Origin: Octopus bimaculoides
Lineage: Eukaryota
Assembly (NCBI RefSeq): GCF_001194135.2
Contig: NC_068982.1
Location: forward strand, 146,372,507-146,419,194
Direction: 5' to 3'
Length of the DNA stretch: 46,688 bases
The notes beneath the pieces are model-generated. The model made no database searches. It was not told where the DNA came from and saw only the letters and a program-made list of their open reading frames with translations. Shown here one piece after another: positions 38,753 through 46,688 of the stretch; position 1 is the first letter of the stretch; every line of letters starts with the position of its first letter. Position numbers and translations under genes: made by a program.

Positions 38753-38845
38753 GTAACAGCGATAAAGCCAGCAACATTTCTGGTTTTCCGAGATGACTAT
38801 TCACAAGCTTATCCTTCAATGCTAGTATCATTTACCTGTCAGTAA
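38753..38845 (+). CDS. Candidate terminal exon with resemblance to a PARP catalytic C-terminus (VTAIKPATFLVFRDDYSQAYPSMLVSFTCQ*)
   Basis: Acceptor AAATTTCCTTGTACAG|, 30 codons to TAA. The motif P..F.VF.D..QAYP..L..F resembles the end of mono-ART PARP domains. No other PARP exon was found. Confidence 0.18.
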   Translation, partial: VTAIKPATFLVFRDDYSQAYPSMLVSFTCQ

Positions 38846-39699
38846 GCATAACACGGCCAGCCACATTTCATGTGATGATCACACACAATGAACCACCATA
38901 GAGAAACAACTATTGTTCTTGTACTGGATTGAATAGTACAATGACTTTACATTTTATGTAGTTTTCTAGTCGTTTTTAAAATTAGAATGAAACAACATGG
39001 GTAGCATAGTGAAGAGATAGGGAATACATATACAAGAGTGATGAAGGTATTTAATTAACGAAAAATTAAAAATGCATTTCTGCAGAGGTCAATGTACACA
39101 AGTCACTGGTTATCGTTGAGAGATGAAAATTAAGAATAATTGTTTATGTATGTAAACAGGTGACAATGAACGGTGCTAAATTTAAATTCATGCCTGTGAA
39201 AAGAGAGTGTCGTGTTGAAAATAAGCTTAGCTGGATGAACAAGAGTGAATCAGTTACCTGAAACAATAAATATTTCACTTAGTTTTTAATACGATTTCAA
39301 TATTTCTTACCAAAAAGATGAATATTTTATTACAGCATGTGAAAGAGTTATAGCCAAAGATAAATATCAGTTACTTCTCTTTTGCGAGAATATGGAGGAT
39401 ATTATGTTTAGAAACTCCAGATATGGATCTACAACTTTGTTAGCTGAAATATTGGGCTTAAAATCCACCCTGAGTCTGGTGAGATGAGTGGAATTAAGAA
39501 ATTTACGAAAACGACCATTGTTTCACTTGTAGTTAATGTAAAGTATTCATGTAGTGTAGCAGATCTGGTTAACGGAAATTCAGCAAAAGTTTTGAGACAA
39601 AGAAACTAGTATTTTGGGCAGTTTAACAAGATATCTGAAACGAAAATATTTTTAAATATTTAGCTCGCTGCGACTGGAGTCTAATGAATTTTAAAATCT

Positions 39700-40210
39700 G
39701 TTGTGGTGGAGATTTTCTGTTTCTTCTGGAGGAAGAAAGAAGAGGCGCGAAGACAAGCAATTGTGAAGTTTAATTATCAGGGAAGTACAAAGTTGAAGTT
39801 AAAAGAGGTGTGCAATATACGAGTAGGGGTTGCTAGCGAAGAAATCAATTACCTTGCCGAACAGTCAGCGGAAGACAGACGTATTGAGAGAAGTAAATAG
39901 TCGATTTGATGCGAGACTGGCAGAAGGAATAGCGGAGATTAAGAATTTATGAGCATAGCATTGGGTTGTGGAGAGGTAGGTATTGTCGATAGCGATAGCA
40001 GTATCTAGAAATCTGGTGGACCTCAGAAAATCCGGGTTGGTGCCGGCGTACACCAAATTTGTTTCTAGGAGAATGTCACCCATATAAAGCCAGATATACA
40101 GGAAATGGCATTGAATATTTTGGGTATTTTTGCTTGCATTGGAGATAATTGGCTCCGATATTTCTGAGCCTAAAACCCATGTTGGCACTGGATATCTTGC
40201 CATGGTTTGT
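39700..40210 (-). mobile_element. Possible Penelope-like RT remnant
   Basis: The minus-strand frame 39865-40203 contains WLYMGDIL (cf. Y.DD) followed by FLDTAIAIDNTYLST (cf. PLE FLDV.I...N..L.T). It is very decayed. Confidence 0.3.
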
Positions 40211-40359
40211 CTGTATTATGTCAGTAGGGTGAGGAGGGATTCTAAAGTCTTATGTAAGCCTTATTGGGTCTAAAGTATTAGGCTGTGCAATCGCCGGCGG
40301 GGCAAATATCCGATGCCGGTCGTATAGTAGGGCGCTCCGGAGAGCATTCACGGATTTCA

Positions 40360-40468
40360 TGCTCTCCTTGCGGGGTCGATAAATTAAGTACCACTTGCGT
40401 ACAGTGGGTGATCAAATCGACTAGCCCCTCCCTCAAGATTTCAGGCTTTGTGCCGATAGTAGGAAGGG
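40360..40468 (+). mobile_element. SINE (family A) 3' half
   Basis: CCTTGCGGGGTCGATAAATTAAGTACCACTTGCGTAC...AATCGACTAGCCCCTCCC..AAGATTTCAGGCTTTGTGCC. Confidence 0.8.
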
Positions 40469-40471
40469 TTT

Positions 40472-40503
40472 TATATATATATATATATAAATATATATAT
40501 GTG

Positions 40504-40550
<47 letters not shown>

Positions 40551-40557
40551 GTATATA
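40472..40557. repeat. (AT)n-(GT)n microsatellite
   Basis: Direct reading of the sequence. Confidence 0.9.
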
Positions 40558-41224
40558 TNNNNNNNNNNNNNNNNNNNNNNNNNNNNNNNNNNNNNNNNNN
40601 NNNNNNNNNNNNNNNNNNNNNNATATATATATATATATATAAAGATGTATGTACGTATGTATGTATGTATAAATTATACATATGTCGTGTAATTTATTGC
40701 ACATAACTGATTGTGTATGGTTATTCGAAGCTGAATAGCATTTCAACATTTATAGCTTATATTAAATTTATACTACACATGCTATCTTTTTCTTCATTGC
40801 TATCTATATATATTGTATAGCTATAAGTTTATTACATATGTATGTATGCTCACACATGCATACGCGCGCGCGCAGATTCGCGCACGTATACGTATATAAG
40901 AAGAGAGAGAAAAACAGACAGACAGACAGACAGAGATAAGCCAATACTCATACCTAAGCGGTTAAGTGTTATTATGAATAATATTTTTCTCTGTATACTG
41001 GTTTTACTAATTCGTATGTTCAGTTTTGTGACAGCATATAATTCTAGAGATCATACATGACGTATGAGGAATATTAAATACCTCCCATAGTTTTATCATC
41101 AGTACAGTGATGGCATTAGGCAAACATATATTGGAATGCTATGAATCACAGTTTTGATCTGACTTCTCAACAGAATGGAAGTAGATATTTCTGAAGTAAA
41201 TAAGTAAGCATTATTAAACTTAGG

Positions 41225-41275
41225 TAAAGCGGCGAGCTGCCAGAATCGTTAGCACAACGAAACAATGTCGCTGAG
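41225..41275 (+). mobile_element. SINE (family A) 5' head fragment
   Basis: AAAGCGGCGAGCTGCCAGAATCGTTAGCAC matches the family A head. Confidence 0.6.
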
Positions 41276-41324
41276 GACTTTCTTCAGCGTGGTAACGCTT
41301 CTAGCAGCTCGATGACTAAATAAT

Positions 41325-43743
41325 AAGAATATTAATGATGTCATTTATTTGCCACAAGCGCAAATGATGAAGAGTCAGTACAAAGACAGATAGAAAGTGT
41401 TGGGGTTTACATATAATGAAATTATAAAAAAAGGTAAGAAAAAAGAAAGTAAGTATAATGATATATACTGAAAAGAAAGGACATATGCATAGCATACAAA
41501 GGTTTAAAAAAGTGGCAGGGAGGATTATAGAGATGTGGCCCTCCTTATACAGGAAGGACTCTCGAGATAATCGGGGAAACCCACTATCCGAGATTTCTCG
41601 GAAACCCCAAGAGCAAGTACCCTCTCCATTTCCTTTCATTCACAGATCTACACTTAGAGAGGTATCATCCACTCTTGCCATTTTCGCAACTTTAACCACC
41701 TTTCAATAAACTCACTCGAGGATAGCACTTCCCCTTTCGCTTTGAATTTCCTTTTTAAGTGAAACTTGTAGAAGTCAATGAGAGCGCTACCAAAGGGGAA
41801 TGTATCTGCCCTCATGCCTTTCAGCTTTATCAGCCAAACAGTTTCTTTCACCACAGTCAGGTGGCAAAGGAAAACTGCCTTGCCTAACTGATTGAAGAAG
41901 GGCGGCGGCGCGGTAATCACTACAGACCCAGCCGACAGATTGATCCAACCCACAGGTGACAGCAGCTGTTTGACATAACCCCAACAATACCCGGACACTA
42001 AACAAGGGCATGCAGATCTGTTTCGTCACTCAGTTCGCAACTCGGACAAGCCCGTCTGACAGCACGTCCGTGCCTGTAGAGTTTATCTCGAACTGGTAGT
42101 CTCCCACGCTAGTATTGCCAGGCCAAGAACATCTGGACATTATCCATGATAGTTCCCGACCAGAAAGTCTTCCGGGACAGACTAACCCGTTCGTTCTCAT
42201 CGGCAATCAGAGTCTCCCTGAGAACNNNNNNNNNNNNNNNCCTGAGAACGTCGTCACACTTACCCGCCATTAAACCTCTATACATTTCTAAAGTAGAACA
42301 TCCACCGATCCCATTGCCTGGCTGGTAGAGGGCTATGAGTGTCTGACGACATTCTAGGTGCCGGGCGACCAGTCTCGGTCTTTTCTTCACCCAGGACGCA
42401 GCTCTGTCAAAGAGATGAACTGCGGAAAGACGAGCCTCAAAAACGGATCCCACACATGCTCAGCATGTAGAAATCGTTGCAGCTGGAGTAACCTAAGAGC
42501 GTGTCTGCGCATTAGGAGCCACGGCATACCTAATCCGCCACTCAGAGGACGCTGGTAACAGACTGATCATTGGAACGCATCCCTTCCATAAGATTTTAAA
42601 TTAGCGACACTCCAACCTGGTCAGGCAGTAACCGTTACGAGGCACGAAGGTCAAGCGATAAATGATAACGGAGGCATGTAAGTATTCTCCACGTCTGCCC
42701 GACCTTTTAGGGACAGCTTCCTCTCAGGCCATTTCTGGGTATGATTGGCCATCCTGTTTGCCACGTCGTCCCAGTTCTTATCAACCTGAAGGTCGGGACT
42801 AAGCCAGAACCCGGGCAGTTAACTGGTCCGTCGGTCCAGCGTCTAACGACGCCGTCTGACAGCATCGTCCTGCCTCTCTTGTAGCCCAACCGCAAACCCA
42901 TCAATTTGTCGGCGTTGACTTTAGCCCCTGTAGCCGACTCATATTCCTTTAGGATAGTGCCAACTTCTCCAGTTTGTAGGCGACCGACACCATGGGGGTG
43001 ACGTCTTCCGCTTATGCCGACTCTGCCCCTCCTTGTCCCAGTTCGAAAGGAATGCCCCTTAGCTGTTCCAAATAGCGATGTTCGACCCAATTGAATACTT
43101 TCGATCGAACCAAGTTGATCAGAGTAACCCAAAAGCCAGCTTTGGCCCCAGCGCTCTCTATGATGTATCGCATAAGGTAGAGGTTGTCGTGGATAGACCT
43201 GCTCGATATTGCGCATGTTTGCGCTTCTACGACCCTAGCCCGAACCCTAACACTATCCCTATCCTCTGACCTAACAAACACTCTATCTAGATACGATGTG
43301 GATGACCCATTGCAGTTGATCCATATCCACATTGGTACATCAAGGAAATACAGTCGATGCCTATCAGACAATTGGATGTCTCTGAGTAAGTTTTCGAGTC
43401 TTTTGCACCCACTTCTTCTGTGTATTATCCCCATACATTCCTTCCGTGCGTCAAAATACCCATTGCAGTCTCATACTTATACTAAACTGCGAGACGTTCC
43501 CAGGAATGTTTCTAGACGTCTGAAGAATTTTGGAATTCTAGCCCCTGCCGGGATATAGACACCCATTAGTCTAAGGGCGCCACCAAACTACCGTCCGGGT
43601 CCTAGAAGATTGCCTTTATTTTGAGATCTAAAAATGTTCAGAATAGCACCGCTACCCGGCCGCCCACACTCCCGACGGATCACATCCCCAAAAGGTGGGG
43701 ACAACTGCAGAACCCCGCACAACCTGGTTATCCCGACCGCTAA
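41325..43743 (-). mobile_element. L1/Tx1-like LINE ORF2 remnant (APE endonuclease, RT, C-terminus, 3' UTR)
   Basis: Minus-strand fragments are GGALRLMGVYIP..FFRRLETFLGTSR, DCNG, SYLDRVFVR (APE); SIHDNLYLMRYII..INLVRSKVFNWVEHRYL and SA*AEDVT (decayed YADD); ILKEYESATGAKVNADK; and FLCHLTVVKETVW..FYKFHLKRK..FIERWLKVAKMARVDDTSLSVDL*. A T-rich UTR carries AATAAA at 41344-41349. Internal deletions are present. Confidence 0.88.
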
Positions 43744-43744
43744 G

Positions 43745-44103
43745 ATCAAAATGTCTCAAGAAAGGAATGCGAAAAGCTTTCTCACTATAAAGATCTGCAA
43801 ATTGAAATCACAAAAATGTGGAAGCTTTGTTCTACAATAATACAGAAGGTTGCTGAGGAGGATATTAAGCAACTCCCTGATGACTCCAATCTCCTTGAAC
43901 TACAAAAGATAACCTTGATAGGTACAGCCCATATACTATGGAAAGCACTCTCCATCTAAAATAGAATAAAAGTGGAGATAATGTTACCATGCGTAGCAAA
44001 ACAAAGTGCCACTGGTACTCTTGGCCTCCGGGGGATGTTCGGTACTAAGGCAGCTGAAATAGAGTTATAATGAACGCAAACCTTAGTTAATAATAATAAT
44101 AAT
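43745..44103 (+). mobile_element. 5'-truncated R4/Dong-like 3' fragment with UTR and (AAT)5 tail
   Basis: KECEKLSHYKDLQIEITKMWK...LQKITLIGTAHILWKALSI*, then about 130 nt of UTR and AAT repeats at 44089-44103. Confidence 0.85.
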
Positions 44104-45624
<1,521 letters not shown>

Positions 45625-45889
45625 GCCACAAGGGCATAACGATTTTTTCCATTGGCTACAAGGCCCCAAGAGCCTGAGTTCAATATCAAAGAACTAATCT
45701 GAACATGCTCAGATGGGGTTTACATCGATCAAAGAGAGATACTACAACAGTAAGGTTATAAACATAAAATTTCGATAAATAAGTAATTAATTAATTGAAT
45801 CCGTTGTCCGCCGTAGGTTATTCGGTGAGAACTCCAAACAAAAGTTTACCAATTACTCTGCCAGCTCCAAGACATGGGAAGTGCCATCT

Positions 45890-46300
45890 TCCAGTTTCTA
45901 GACTCCGTCTTAAAACACACTCAGAGTAGATCCAATCATCATCACCACTCTTGCCACTCTCATCTACATTTCGATAACATCACTAGAAAGCAGCACATAC
46001 TTTTCTACATTCACATTCTTCTTCAAATGATATTTGAAGAAACTGATGAGAGCTTGGCCAGATAAGAAAGTACCTATCTTGAAAATTTTCAGACGGATCC
46101 ACCAGAAATTCTCTTTCACCATATAGATACTTAGCGGAGAAAATTTTGTCTCCCTTGTCTGCCAAAGGATGACGGTGCGTCGCTTTTACACAATACACTC
46201 GGCGTACAGATGGATCCTGCAATTTCTTGCCGAAAACGATCAAATATTTGCATAATACATTAGCTCACCCTCACCATCAAATCGACGTTGCCTGAACAAG
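45890..46300 (-). mobile_element. Second L1/Tx1-like ORF2 C-terminal fragment
   Basis: Minus-strand MVKENFWWIRLKIFKIGTFLSGQALISFFKYHLKKNVNVEKYVL aligns by eye with VVKETVWLIKLKGMRADTFPFGSALIDFYKFHLKRKFKAKGEVL of the 41325-43743 element. Confidence 0.75.
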
Positions 46301-46531
46301 TTTGCCGTACCACTTGATGTTTAATTTCACCAAATCTAATTAATTGTAAATTTGTCAATAATCTAGAGAAACAGACAAGTGAAGATCGCAAATTAATTAG
46401 TCATATGATATCCCGGTTGAGAATAAATATATCTCGCGCTAAAGAAGTTAACTTACTGACATGAGATAGGAAGTAAATAATCATAATTATGAAGTAAAAT
46501 TAATTATTTTGCATTATGACTGAAATAGTAA

Positions 46532-46688
46532 GTTTCTAAACAGTGAGCATTTCGGCAAACTATGTGCTCACGCAGTTTCTAAACAGTGAGCATTTCGGGA
46601 AACTATGTGCTCACGCAGTTTCTAAACAGTGAGCATTTCGGGAAACTATGTGCTCACGCAGTTTCTAAACAGTGAGCATTTCGGCAAT
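46532..46688. repeat. 43-bp palindromic minisatellite, at least 3.6 units (runs off the window)
   Basis: The unit GTTTCTAAACAGTGAGCATTTCGG(C/G)AAACTATGTGCTCACGCA starts at 46532, 46575, 46618 and 46661. Each unit contains the inverted pair GTGAGCA...TGCTCAC. Confidence 0.95.

Noticed and set aside
42217-42249. CCTGAGAAC duplicated either side of a 15-N gap as a TSD
   Set aside because: This is a typical contig-overlap artefact at a scaffold gap.
45900-46020. DDDWIYSECV...WHFPC as a transposase PHD finger
   Set aside because: Another frame of the same bases aligns much better with the Tx1-like ORF2 C-terminus.
46532-46688. Palindromic 43-bp repeats as CRISPR or a retrozyme array
   Set aside because: No unique spacers, and no CUGAnGA/GAAA hammerhead core on either strand.

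Overview
AT-rich eukaryotic genomic DNA, most likely from an octopus or other coleoid cephalopod. That is inferred from the recognisable tRNA-derived SINE families and the dense (AAT)n/(AT)n/(AC)n/(TATG)n microsatellites. The window contains seven N-gaps, and no intact protein-coding gene can be supported. The recognisable content is decayed retroelements: at least five remnants of restriction-like-endonuclease (R4/Dong-type) non-LTR elements tied to (AAT)n arrays; two L1/Tx1-like ORF2 remnants; one CCHC gag/ORF1 remnant inside an LTR-like frame; one RTE-like LINE; a possible Penelope-like RT remnant; many SINEs; and several inverted-repeat elements. The most notable observations are three. 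(1) A 290-bp near-perfect foldback at 30335-30964 whose two arms each carry a minimal hammerhead-ribozyme-like motif; each copy is damaged at a different position, but their consensus folds correctly. (2) A Dong-like element at 44104-45506 with the 5'-inversion geometry of twin priming, including an 11-nt duplication at the inversion point; a second inversion of similar geometry lies at 818-1034. (3) A pre-miRNA-like hairpin at 2862-2955. A few isolated candidate exons are listed at low confidence. All family assignments come from motif recognition by eye; no database searches were run.
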